Position numbers and translations under genes: made by a program
NCBI GenBank assembly: GCA_947645535.1
Contig: CANSDD010000002.1
Location: forward strand, 1-32,225
Source of the DNA: an uncultured Mycoplasmatota bacterium
Lineage (GTDB): Bacteria; Bacillota_I; Bacilli_A; RF39; UBA660
Reading direction: 5' to 3'
DNA: 32,225 nucleotides
The notes under the pieces: model-generated
The model's input: only the letters and a program-made list of their open reading frames with translations
Databases searched by the model: none
What the model was told of the DNA's origin: nothing
Shown here: positions 6,856-14,914 of the stretch, piece by piece
Position numbering within the stretch: the stretch's first letter is position 1
Layout of the letters: each line of letters starts with the position of its first letter

Positions 6856-6884
6856 ATTTTACGCATAAATTTAAAATTCGTCAA
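6856..6884 (-). promoter_or_regulatory. Candidate glyQS promoter
   Basis: The minus strand shows TTGACG (6879-6884), a 17-nt spacer, then TAAAAT (6856-6861). Confidence 0.55.
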
Positions 6885-6887
6885 TAC

Positions 6888-8633
6888 TTATAGATAAAGT
6901 TCTATTAAATAATAAACTAATTCTGTTAAATCAATTGTATCTAAACTACCTAATTCTGTATCAGCAGATGTATTTGTATTTAATACATTTACTGTAATTA
7001 TCTTCATTTCTCCTGCTTTTATCTCATCATCTAATATTGCATTTCTTAAATTTTCTTTATTTTCATCATATAATTTAAATTTTCCATTTAGTTTTCTTGT
7101 CTCTGTATCTTCATTAGTAACTTCTAATTTAACTGTCATTGTTCTTTTATTATCTGCTATAGTAGCACTTTTAAATTTTACATTCCACTTATTGTAACTG
7201 ATTTCTTCTCTACCATTTCTACTTGTAATATTTGCTTTTGTTCTTGTAACTCCATTACAAGTATATCCTAAATCTAAATAATATTCATAGATATCATCAT
7301 AATTTTCATTCCATGTTGTATCTTTTTCTTCTTCTGTTGCTTTTTCATAATCTCTTTTTTCTAATAAACTATATCCTTGTTTTGCATCATCAAATGTGTA
7401 AGTCTTTTTTAACCCATCTGTATTTGGTAATGTAGCTTCTAATCCTTGAATTAAATCTTTTGATTCACTATAAGATGCTGTATCTTCTAAATAAGTAGTT
7501 TGTGCAATTTCTTCATTTAATACTTTCTTATTCTCTATATTATATTCTATTGTTACCTTATAATCTTCACTTATTTTTAAATCTGCATCTTCTGTGCTCA
7601 TTGTACAAACTAAATTTTGTGTTGTTGGTACATTTGGTTTTTCATTTGGTTGCTCTTTTATTGGCCCATTCTCTTTTTGTGTTGTTATCACTAAATAAAC
7701 ACCTACTCCAATTACTGCTAGTAATAAAACAACAATTATAATGATTAGTCCATTATTCCCTTTTTTATTTTTTGGCTTTTTCTGCTTTGTTGGTGGTAGT
7801 ATTGCTTCTTCTGTACTTGCAGGTGTTATTTGTGTTTCTTCTACACTTTGTGTTTGTAATATTGGATTCGTATTAGTTTCTAATGTATTTATTGTTGGCA
7901 TTACTGGATTTATTGGTAAATCATTTTCTGGTAATACTTGTTCTGCTTGATTTTGTACTGGTACACTTTGATTGATTTCATTATTCATAGTAATATCTGT
8001 ATTTTGTGGTGCCATATTTGGCATTGATATAGGTACTTCTTTGCTATTGATTGGTTGCTGTGTTATTTCATTTTGATTTGTTATTTTTGGAGCTATTGGT
8101 ACTACATTTTCTTCTAGATTGATATCTGGTGCTACAGTATTACTTGAATTTACATCTATTATCTCAGGCATCTCTGCTATTTCATTCTTTGGCTGCTTTG
8201 AAGCAGATTTTTTCATCAAAAATTTTGGTAAAGTAATATTTACTACGTCTTCTTCTTCTTTTTCAGGTAAAGTGAAAAAATTAGGATATTGATCCATTTT
8301 TTCATCAAACTCATTAGAACTTACAATGCTAATTCTTTCAATATTACTAAAATCTACTAATTCAATATCATTCCCTGATGTTTTACTAAATACTTGTTTA
8401 AAAAGGCCAAATACTTGCTCTTTTTCAGATGCTGTTTCACATTTGAATAATAAAAATTGCTCTCTCACCATAGAAAGTCTTCCTACATAAATTTCTAAAG
8501 GAAAGTCTCTTTTTTTCTTTGGAACCTCTGTATAAGCTAAATATTGATTTTGATTATATATTATTTTAAATCCTGCGACAATTTTTATATAGTGTTCTTC
8601 TTTTGTTGTATCTTTTGTGACTTTATTTTCCAT
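6888..8633 (-). CDS. Bitopic membrane protein of unknown function
   Basis: It has an N-terminal ~130-aa cytoplasmic domain and a long P/Q/N/T-rich low-complexity linker. One TM helix reads GLIIIIVVLLLAVIGVGVYLVITT. The ~260-aa ectodomain has a C-terminal part (MTVKLEVTNEDTETRKLNGKFKLYDE...) that resembles DUF4352-type beta-sandwich domains by eye. An AGGAGAG SD is present. Confidence 0.7.
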   Translation of the reverse strand: MENKVTKDTTKEEHYIKIVAGFKIIYNQNQYLAYTEVPKKKRDFPLEIYVGRLSMVREQFLLFKCETASEKEQVFGLFKQVFSKTSGNDIELVDFSNIERISIVSSNEFDEKMDQYPNFFTLPEKEEEDVVNITLPKFLMKKSASKQPKNEIAEMPEIIDVNSSNTVAPDINLEENVVPIAPKITNQNEITQQPINSKEVPISMPNMAPQNTDITMNNEINQSVPVQNQAEQVLPENDLPINPVMPTINTLETNTNPILQTQSVEETQITPASTEEAILPPTKQKKPKNKKGNNGLIIIIVVLLLAVIGVGVYLVITTQKENGPIKEQPNEKPNVPTTQNLVCTMSTEDADLKISEDYKVTIEYNIENKKVLNEEIAQTTYLEDTASYSESKDLIQGLEATLPNTDGLKKTYTFDDAKQGYSLLEKRDYEKATEEEKDTTWNENYDDIYEYYLDLGYTCNGVTRTKANITSRNGREEISYNKWNVKFKSATIADNKRTMTVKLEVTNEDTETRKLNGKFKLYDENKENLRNAILDDEIKAGEMKIITVNVLNTNTSADTELGSLDTIDLTELVYYLIELYL

Positions 8634-8719
8634 AATCTCACTCTCCTATTATTACAGTTTAACATTGAGTTTAAAAAAAAGCAATTGTTTATTCTTTAAA
8701 AAACAACTACTTTACATCT

Positions 8720-9157
8720 TTATATAATTGAAAATAAAAAGGCCATTCCGATTCCAAGTATTATACCAGCTAATACTTCAAGTGGCTGATGTCCCACTTG
8801 CTCTTTCAAATGGATAATCCCTGTCTTAGATTCTTTACTAAATAGTTCATCTAATATTTGGTTAATGATTGCTGCTTGCCTTCCACTTTCTCGTCTAAGC
8901 CCCATTGCATCATATGCTGTAATTAAAGAATAAACAAGAGGAATTGCAAATAAAGGGGATTCAAATCCTAACTTTAAACCTATTAAAAAAGTAATAGAAA
9001 AAGTAAGTGAAGTATGACTACTTGGCATTCCTCCTGAACCATTAAACAGCCTTCCCCATTTTAGCTTTTTAGAATCATATGATTCTAATATAAATTTTAT
9101 TATCTGACAAATAATCAATGTTGTAATGGGACACATTAAATATACAAATTCTTTCAT
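8720..9157 (-). CDS. Divergent PAP2 family protein (YuiD/DUF212-like)
   Basis: Motifs present are GGMPSSHTS, AYDAMGLRRESGRQA and GHQPLEVLAG. The protein is multi-pass membrane. Confidence 0.85.
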   Translation of the reverse strand: MKEFVYLMCPITTLIICQIIKFILESYDSKKLKWGRLFNGSGGMPSSHTSLTFSITFLIGLKLGFESPLFAIPLVYSLITAYDAMGLRRESGRQAAIINQILDELFSKESKTGIIHLKEQVGHQPLEVLAGIILGIGMAFLFSII

Positions 9158-9165
9158 AAACTCTC

Positions 9166-9906
9166 CTAATTCATTACTACTTTACTAATATTTTTTAAAA
9201 ATTCTTTGCTTTTTAAATAAAGACCTGTATACTCTCCATAATATTCATCTAGAAACTGTCCAATTTCTCTTTTACTAATATCTTTAATATCTAATTTTGA
9301 AATTTTTGATAGCTCGACATAATAAAACATTCTAATTAGTTTAATCGTATTACTACTCACTATTTTTTCATTTTTAAGACAATTTCTACATACATATCCA
9401 CCTTTTACACTTGATAACGTTGCTATAGAAACTTTACTACCACAAATACTACAAGCATCAATTACTGGCATAACTCCTAAAAAGTAAAGATATTTTAATT
9501 CCAATATATTGGTGATAATCATTGGATCATATCCTTCTTCAATTTTAACTAAGGCAGCTATTAACAAATCATAGATTTTATCATCTCCATTTTGCTTATA
9601 TACTTGTTCTGTTAATTCTAATAAAAAGCTTGCATAGCTAATTTTAGAAATATCTTTTTTTATTTGCTTAAATGGATTTTTTATATCAACACTTGTTAAA
9701 TTTGATAACTTATTTTCCCTATAATAGATATGAAAATAACCATAGATAAGTTTATCTGTTACACTTCTAAGTTCACTTTTCATGCCTTTAGCACCCTTGG
9801 CCATTAAACCAATAATACCATGTTCTTTTGTTAACACATTTAAAATTTTACTAGTTTCGCCATAACTTCTTACGTTTAATACGATTCCTTCTACCTTCTC
9901 AATCAT
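9166..9906 (-). CDS. recO: DNA repair protein RecO
   Basis: The N-terminal OB-fold signature is VEGIVLNVRSYGETSKILNVLTKEHG. A Cys4 zinc finger reads CSICGSK...CRNC. Its position after era and yqzL is conserved. Confidence 0.93.
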   Translation of the reverse strand: MIEKVEGIVLNVRSYGETSKILNVLTKEHGIIGLMAKGAKGMKSELRSVTDKLIYGYFHIYYRENKLSNLTSVDIKNPFKQIKKDISKISYASFLLELTEQVYKQNGDDKIYDLLIAALVKIEEGYDPMIITNILELKYLYFLGVMPVIDACSICGSKVSIATLSSVKGGYVCRNCLKNEKIVSSNTIKLIRMFYYVELSKISKLDIKDISKREIGQFLDEYYGEYTGLYLKSKEFLKNISKVVMN

Positions 9907-9909
9907 AAA

Positions 9910-10134
9910 TTATTCACCAATATACTCAAAACGGTATTCTTGATTCACTTCTGGATATTTTTCTTTGTCTACTTTACTTGTAAACATTTCATATGGTCTT
10001 ACCCATATCTCACCAGTATCCTCATGTGTATATACTACCATTTCTTCCTGTGTTTCTGAATGCTTTGCTAATGCAATTACTTTATGTAATGTTCCTTTAA
10101 AATGTTTATATGTTCCTCCAACTACTACTTCCAT
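9910..10134 (-). CDS. DUF1653 family protein
   Basis: The sequence YKHFKG..HKVIALAKHSETQEEMVVY...WVRPYEMF matches the DUF1653 pattern. Confidence 0.75.
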   Translation of the reverse strand: MEVVVGGTYKHFKGTLHKVIALAKHSETQEEMVVYTHEDTGEIWVRPYEMFTSKVDKEKYPEVNQEYRFEYIGE

Positions 10135-10135
10135 A

Positions 10136-10222
10136 TTACTTCTCCTTCCATTTTTTCCACTTCATATAATATTCTATTTTTCCTGTATTTTCAAATAACT
10201 TCCATAATAATTCTTTTTCCAT
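10136..10222 (-). CDS. yqzL: YqzL family small protein (28 aa)
   Basis: My translation is MEKELLWKLFENTGKIEYYMKWKKWKEK. It has the W-KLFE-TG-I--Y signature and the conserved position between era and recO. Its stop lies 1 nt before the next ATG. It is below the ORF-track cutoff. Confidence 0.6.
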   Translation of the reverse strand: MEKELLWKLFENTGKIEYYMKWKKWKEK

Positions 10223-10274
10223 ATTTTCTCACCTATTATTATCGTGAGAATAAAATTTAAATTTTATACAATTT

Positions 10275-11162
10275 TTACTTTTCAAAATCATAATATCCAA
10301 ATTCCATCAGATATTTTTCTTTATCTCTCCATTTTTTGATTGTTTTTACAAATAATTCTAAATAGACTTTTTTTCCAAGTATTTTTTCAATATCTACTCT
10401 TGCCTTCATACCAATTTCTTTAATCATAGATCCATTCTTACCTATTATAATTCGCTTTAAAGAATCTCTATCAACGATAATTGCTACATGAATATGATAA
10501 CTACTATTTCCTTTTTCAATTCGTTCTGTTACACAAGTAACAGAGTGAGGAACTTCTTCTTCTGTTAATAAAAATATTTTTTCTCTTACCATTTCTGAGA
10601 TTAAAAAACTAATAGATTGATTGGTTATTGTATTTTGTTCAAAATAAGCAAATTCATCTGTTAAATATTGTTTTATTGTCTTAATTAAATCTTCTATATT
10701 ATTATTTTTTAAAGCTGATACTGGAATAATTTCTTTAAAATCATAAAGGTCCTTATATTCCACTATTTTTTCTAAGATTTTTTCATGTGTTATTTTATCA
10801 ATCTTATTCAAAATAAGAATAACTGGTTTATTGATTTCCTTTAAGCGCTCTATAATATATTTATCACCTGGACCTAGATTTTCACTTGCATCTACTAACA
10901 ATAAAATTATATCTACATCATCAATACTATAATAAGCTTGTCTGTTTAATACTTGTCCAAGTTTATTATTTGGTTTATGAATACCTGGTGTATCTACAAA
11001 TACAATTTGTGATTCTGCGTCATTATAAATACCTTGTATAATATTTCTTGTTGTTTGTGGTTTTGGTGATGTAATTGCCACTTTACTTCCTACTATTTCA
11101 TTTAATAATGTAGATTTTCCTACATTTGGTCTTCCAATTAAACTAACAAATCCACTTTTCAT
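10275..11162 (-). CDS. era: GTPase Era
   Basis: G1 (GRPNVGKSTLLN), G3 (DTPG) and G4 (NKID) motifs are present, plus a C-terminal KH domain. It shares a 4-nt overlap with cdd. Confidence 0.97.
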   Translation of the reverse strand: MKSGFVSLIGRPNVGKSTLLNEIVGSKVAITSPKPQTTRNIIQGIYNDAESQIVFVDTPGIHKPNNKLGQVLNRQAYYSIDDVDIILLLVDASENLGPGDKYIIERLKEINKPVILILNKIDKITHEKILEKIVEYKDLYDFKEIIPVSALKNNNIEDLIKTIKQYLTDEFAYFEQNTITNQSISFLISEMVREKIFLLTEEEVPHSVTCVTERIEKGNSSYHIHVAIIVDRDSLKRIIIGKNGSMIKEIGMKARVDIEKILGKKVYLELFVKTIKKWRDKEKYLMEFGYYDFEK

Positions 11163-11557
11163 ATATTTAAATCCTCTTCATCGAATGGATATGGGCAAAA
11201 ATCTGATACAATATATTCTTTTGTCTCTCCTTTATTACTCATACAAATTATTTTTTTATCTTTTTCCATCATTTCTATAATTACTTGTCTACAAATAAAA
11301 CAGCAAGTACTGATTTTAGGACTATCGCACATTACATATAGTGTTTCAAAATCCTTTGGTTTATATCCATTACTAATCGCACTTACAAAAGCACTTCTCT
11401 CTGCACATATAGTTGCTCCATAAGAAGCATTCTCTACATTTACTCCTTTGAATTCTTGTCCATCTTTTGTTACTAAAATTGCCGCTACTTTAAAAGTAGA
11501 ATAAGGACTATAGGAATTATTTAATAAATTTAACAATTTTTCTTTCATTTTTAACAC
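11159..11557 (-). CDS. cdd: Cytidine deaminase
   Basis: The CAERSA zinc motif and a C..CRQ motif are present. The 132-aa length is typical. Confidence 0.93.
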   Translation of the reverse strand: MLKMKEKLLNLLNNSYSPYSTFKVAAILVTKDGQEFKGVNVENASYGATICAERSAFVSAISNGYKPKDFETLYVMCDSPKISTCCFICRQVIIEMMEKDKKIICMSNKGETKEYIVSDFCPYPFDEEDLNI

Positions 11558-11646
11558 CTCTATTATGTCAATTATTATTTTTTATTGTATTTATATTTTT
11601 AATTTAATAATTTTTCTAAATATGTATCATAACTTTTATGAGCAAG

Positions 11647-11937
11647 TTATTCATTTAGCACAAAATCTTTGATAATATATTCTTTTAATATTTTATTTGC
11701 CCAAGTTCTAAATTTAATTGCTTTCTTAGAATTCCCTCTAACCCCAATTGAAATAATCATATCTAAATTATAATATTTTGTTTTCCACTATTCCCCACAT
11801 ATTCCAAAATGGAAAATATATATTATTAATATGTTTAGTAATAGCTGGCCTTTGTACATCAAATAATCTAGCAATTGCATTCACATTTAACCATCCATTT
11901 TCATTTTCATAAAATACAATATCATTATTTTCTATTT
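11647..11937 (-). pseudogene. Decayed RhuM-family (virulence-protein-like) gene remnant
   Basis: The minus strand translates in two frames. One frame gives IENNDIVFYENENGWLNVNAIARLFDVQRPAITKHINNIY..stop. The other gives YYNLDMIISIGVRGNSKKAIKFRTWANKILKEYIIKDFVLNE-stop. These match the conserved RhuM blocks (..ITKHI.NI.., YYNLD.IISVGYRV.S..G..FR.WA...L..Y...G). There is no start codon, an internal deletion and a frameshift. Confidence 0.6.
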
Positions 11938-12387
11938 TTAACGATTTATTCCAAAATCATTTAAAATTTTATCTTGCTTTTCAAACATTATTTTTTCTTC
12001 TTCTTTCTCCATATGATCGTATCCAAGTAAATGAAGTAGTCCATGTAAAGCCAAAAAAGAAATTTCTCTTTCAAAAGAATGCCCATATTCTAAAGCTTGT
12101 TCTCTTGCTTTCTCTATAGAAATATAAATATCTCCAAGTGTTCTAATATCTCCCTCTATAGTAGGAAATGCCTCCTCTTCTAATGCGAAAGATACCACAT
12201 CTGTAGGTCTATCTACTCCCCTATATTCCTTATTGATTTCATGTATTCTATTATTATCAACAATAATAATATTAAAACTCACATTTTCTACCCCTTCATA
12301 TTTAGTACTGTAATCCATCAATCTTTTTACAGTTTCTAACTCTTTTATTTCTTCACTTGTTTCATTAAATATTTCAATTTCATTCAT
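11938..12387 (-). CDS. ybeY: rRNA maturation endoribonuclease YbeY
   Basis: The zinc motif HGLLHLLGYDH is present. The 149-aa length is typical. Confidence 0.95.
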   Translation of the reverse strand: MNEIEIFNETSEEIKELETVKRLMDYSTKYEGVENVSFNIIIVDNNRIHEINKEYRGVDRPTDVVSFALEEEAFPTIEGDIRTLGDIYISIEKAREQALEYGHSFEREISFLALHGLLHLLGYDHMEKEEEKIMFEKQDKILNDFGINR

Positions 12388-13002
12388 TTACATTACTCCT
12401 AACCATTTTCCATTTGACAAATATAAAATAGATGCAATAATCAATATTACTATTAGTATATTATAAATTAGTTGGCTTTTCAATATTGAAGGTAAACATT
12501 CTTTTAGCTTCATAATGAAAATATAAATACCAAAACCAAGTAAAGCTCCTAAAATATTTAGTAAAATATCATCTACATCAAATACTCTTCCTATTTGAAG
12601 TTGTGTAAATTCAATCGTAAAAGATGCTAAAACTGCTAGCAAAAAAATAGAAATCGGCTTTTTCAGTTTTAAAAAATAAGAAACAAAAAAACCATAAGGC
12701 ATAAACATAATCATATTGCCAAGCACATTTTTAAAAAATAATTTGGAGCCTATTGAATAACGAAACATTTCTTTAAACGGAATAAAATTAGACGTAGACC
12801 AACTAACATCTTGAAATGTAACAACATAGAATAAACACATTACATATATAATAAAGCAAAGTCCAAGTATTTCTTTATAAAAAATTACTTCTTTTTTCTC
12901 TTTGATTATCCATACAGTTCTCATTGATACAATAATAACAGAGCAAATGAATATCATTGGCCATGAATTACTTAAAATATCTAAAAAGGTTTGACGAAAC
13001 AT
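12388..13002 (-). CDS. VanZ family membrane protein
   Basis: The protein is multi-pass membrane. It carries the VanZ-like C-terminal motif EFTQLQIGRVFDVDDILLNILGALLGFG. Confidence 0.8.
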   Translation of the reverse strand: MFRQTFLDILSNSWPMIFICSVIIVSMRTVWIIKEKKEVIFYKEILGLCFIIYVMCLFYVVTFQDVSWSTSNFIPFKEMFRYSIGSKLFFKNVLGNMIMFMPYGFFVSYFLKLKKPISIFLLAVLASFTIEFTQLQIGRVFDVDDILLNILGALLGFGIYIFIMKLKECLPSILKSQLIYNILIVILIIASILYLSNGKWLGVM

Positions 13003-13010
13003 GAAATCAC

Positions 13011-14198
13011 TTACTCACTTTCTATATTTTCTTCTACTATAATATTTTGATAACTTGTAATATCTTCTAATACAGTAAAAAATATTTCTAATTCTATTTT
13101 ACTCTCTTTTAGTTCAACTTTCAAATTTTTTTGACTAATAATTGATTCATTTGACGAAAGCTTTTCTTCCATTTTTTGTCGTGCTAATGCTGAAGCCTTA
13201 CTTATTGCTTCATCTTCTGTATTTACTTCATCAACTACTTTCGTTTCAAATTGCTTTTCTTTAGAAAATGAAATTGGTAAAAATGAATGATATAAAAGTT
13301 TATTTTCCTCTATATTTTTAGTTTTATAATAATTCCAAGGATAAAGTTGAAATTCTTTATTTAAAACTCTAAGTGTATATGCTGTTTGACTTTTTCCTGT
13401 TGGAATCTCTTCTTTATAAACAAAAGGATAAGAAACAATTACTTTATACCAAACCTCCCCATATATAGTTCCCTCTGCACTAACATTTTCTTTTAATTCA
13501 TCATTTAATTTTAACTCTCCGCTAATTACTACATCTCCTGCCTTTACATAATCTCCTTTATCTCTAATAATTTCTCCTTTTTCTGCATCTACTCTTCTTA
13601 ATACTGCACTTTTACTCGCCACTACATTTCTATTTTCGCCTTCTTTTTTTATCTCTTCTATTTTTCTCTCTTCTACTCTAACTACATATTTCGTTCCAAC
13701 TGCTTCTATTTCTAACCATTCAATCTTGTCTTTATTTCTATTTATGATATCTTCTTTAATTTTTTCAATCTCATCGAAACTTTTTTTCAAATTGAATACT
13801 TTTATTCCATGAGTTTCTAATTCTTTTGTAAGTAATGTTCTAATCTCTTTATCTGTATGAATAATCTCTATTTGAAATATGATATGAGATAAAAAATACA
13901 ATAGACAAATACCTAAGACTAGTCCAACTATAAAAAAACGATTTAATTTTAATTTTTTCTTTATCTTTAAACTACCAGCACTCCCTACTAAATCGATTTC
14001 ATAAACCGTTTTAATTTCTATTACTTTTTCGTAATCTTTTTCAAAAATTGTGATAATTACTGTTTTAGGATTTGGATATTTTATATTTAAAATATCAATT
14101 TTATGTTGATAAAGTCTCCTAATAAAACGTTCTAAATTTTTCCCTTCTACTTTTAAGATTACTTTTCCTTTCAACTTATTTATTAAAGGATCATTCAT
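13011..14198 (-). CDS. yqfD: Sporulation protein YqfD
   Basis: It is 395 aa with one TM after about 85 aa. The central VVASKSAVLRRVDAEKGEIIRDKGDYVKAGDVVISG block is present. It follows yqfC, as in Bacillus. Confidence 0.85.
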   Translation of the reverse strand: MNDPLINKLKGKVILKVEGKNLERFIRRLYQHKIDILNIKYPNPKTVIITIFEKDYEKVIEIKTVYEIDLVGSAGSLKIKKKLKLNRFFIVGLVLGICLLYFLSHIIFQIEIIHTDKEIRTLLTKELETHGIKVFNLKKSFDEIEKIKEDIINRNKDKIEWLEIEAVGTKYVVRVEERKIEEIKKEGENRNVVASKSAVLRRVDAEKGEIIRDKGDYVKAGDVVISGELKLNDELKENVSAEGTIYGEVWYKVIVSYPFVYKEEIPTGKSQTAYTLRVLNKEFQLYPWNYYKTKNIEENKLLYHSFLPISFSKEKQFETKVVDEVNTEDEAISKASALARQKMEEKLSSNESIISQKNLKVELKESKIELEIFFTVLEDITSYQNIIVEENIESE

Positions 14199-14202
14199 AT
14201 TA

Positions 14203-14442
14203 TCACCTAAATTCTATCATTTTAATTGTTCCAGATATTAAAATTTCTTCTTGCATTAGCTTTGAAAGAGCAAGATTTTCCCCTTTTATAATAATTACTT
14301 TATCAGAATAATACACTCTAACTTCTCTACTATCAAAATGTCCAATACTATTGTAATTTGCAATATGTACCCTATTTTCATATATATGCATAGAAAATTC
14401 ATCTTCTAAAATAAAACTTCGAACATTATCAAATAGTTTCAT
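14203..14442 (-). CDS. yqfC: YabP/YqfC family sporulation protein
   Basis: It is 79 aa and sits immediately upstream of yqfD. The pattern (..V.I.NY..I..F....V.V.......I.G..L.I) fits the YabP family. Confidence 0.8.
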   Translation of the reverse strand: MKLFDNVRSFILEDEFSMHIYENRVHIANYNSIGHFDSREVRVYYSDKVIIIKGENLALSKLMQEEILISGTIKMIEFR

Positions 14443-14527
14443 GAAACCACCTATCCCTATTATATGAAAAAGAGAATCAATCTATGATTCCCTTACTAAT
14501 ATTATACTCTATAAATTTTAAAAATCC

Positions 14528-14767
14528 TTACTCTATGACATTTAAATTTCCACCATATTTAATATCATAGTCATCAAGCATCTCATAAAAGGTTTCTTTA
14601 TCAAGAGCAACAACATCCTTTATATCAATAATAATATCGGTTACTCCATATTCATTTAAAATATAATAAAGTTTTCTTTTTAGCTCTAAAATGTTTTTAC
14701 TATTTGCCATACCTTTCATACTCACATAGAGTGTATTTCTACTAAATTCAATTTCTGTTTTGAGCAT
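14528..14767 (-). CDS. Small STAS-like (anti-sigma-antagonist-like) protein
   Basis: The region LYVSMKGMANSKNILELKRKLYYILNEYGVTDIIIDIKDVVALDKETFYEML aligns by eye to the SpoIIAA N-terminal two-thirds. The DSSG phospho-serine position reads DKET. It is only 79 aa. Confidence 0.4.
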   Translation of the reverse strand: MLKTEIEFSRNTLYVSMKGMANSKNILELKRKLYYILNEYGVTDIIIDIKDVVALDKETFYEMLDDYDIKYGGNLNVIE

Positions 14768-14861
14768 ATTTCTAACCTCCAGTTTATTATGTTCTTTTGT
14801 AATTTATACTATAGCACAGTTAAACATGAGAAAAAACAAATTCGACAAAACTAGAAAAAAC

Positions 14862-14890
14862 TTGTCTTTTGGATATGGGCATGGTACAAT
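14862..14890 (+). promoter_or_regulatory. murT-gatD promoter
   Basis: TTGTCT, a 17-nt spacer, then TACAAT, with a TGn extension (TGG at 14882-14884). Confidence 0.6.
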
Positions 14891-14914
14891 AAACATACTG
14901 TTTAGAGGTGTTTT

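Noticed and set aside
7502-7950. Two adjacent plus-strand track ORFs (79 and 69 aa) antisense to the 581-aa membrane protein.
   Set aside because: Their L/F/V-rich low-complexity translations mirror the P/Q/N/T-rich linker on the other strand. They have no SD or promoter and overlap a better-supported CDS.
9172-9189. ATTACTACT-like 9-mers elsewhere (9172, 9352, 571 and 21066) that resemble the TTTACTACT half-site of the 23-bp repeat.
   Set aside because: Most of them lie in coding sequence (recO), where they encode Ser/Ser/Asn-type codons, or inside the Phe T-box. A 9-mer this AT-rich is expected by chance. Only the exact 23-mer duplication is treated as significant.
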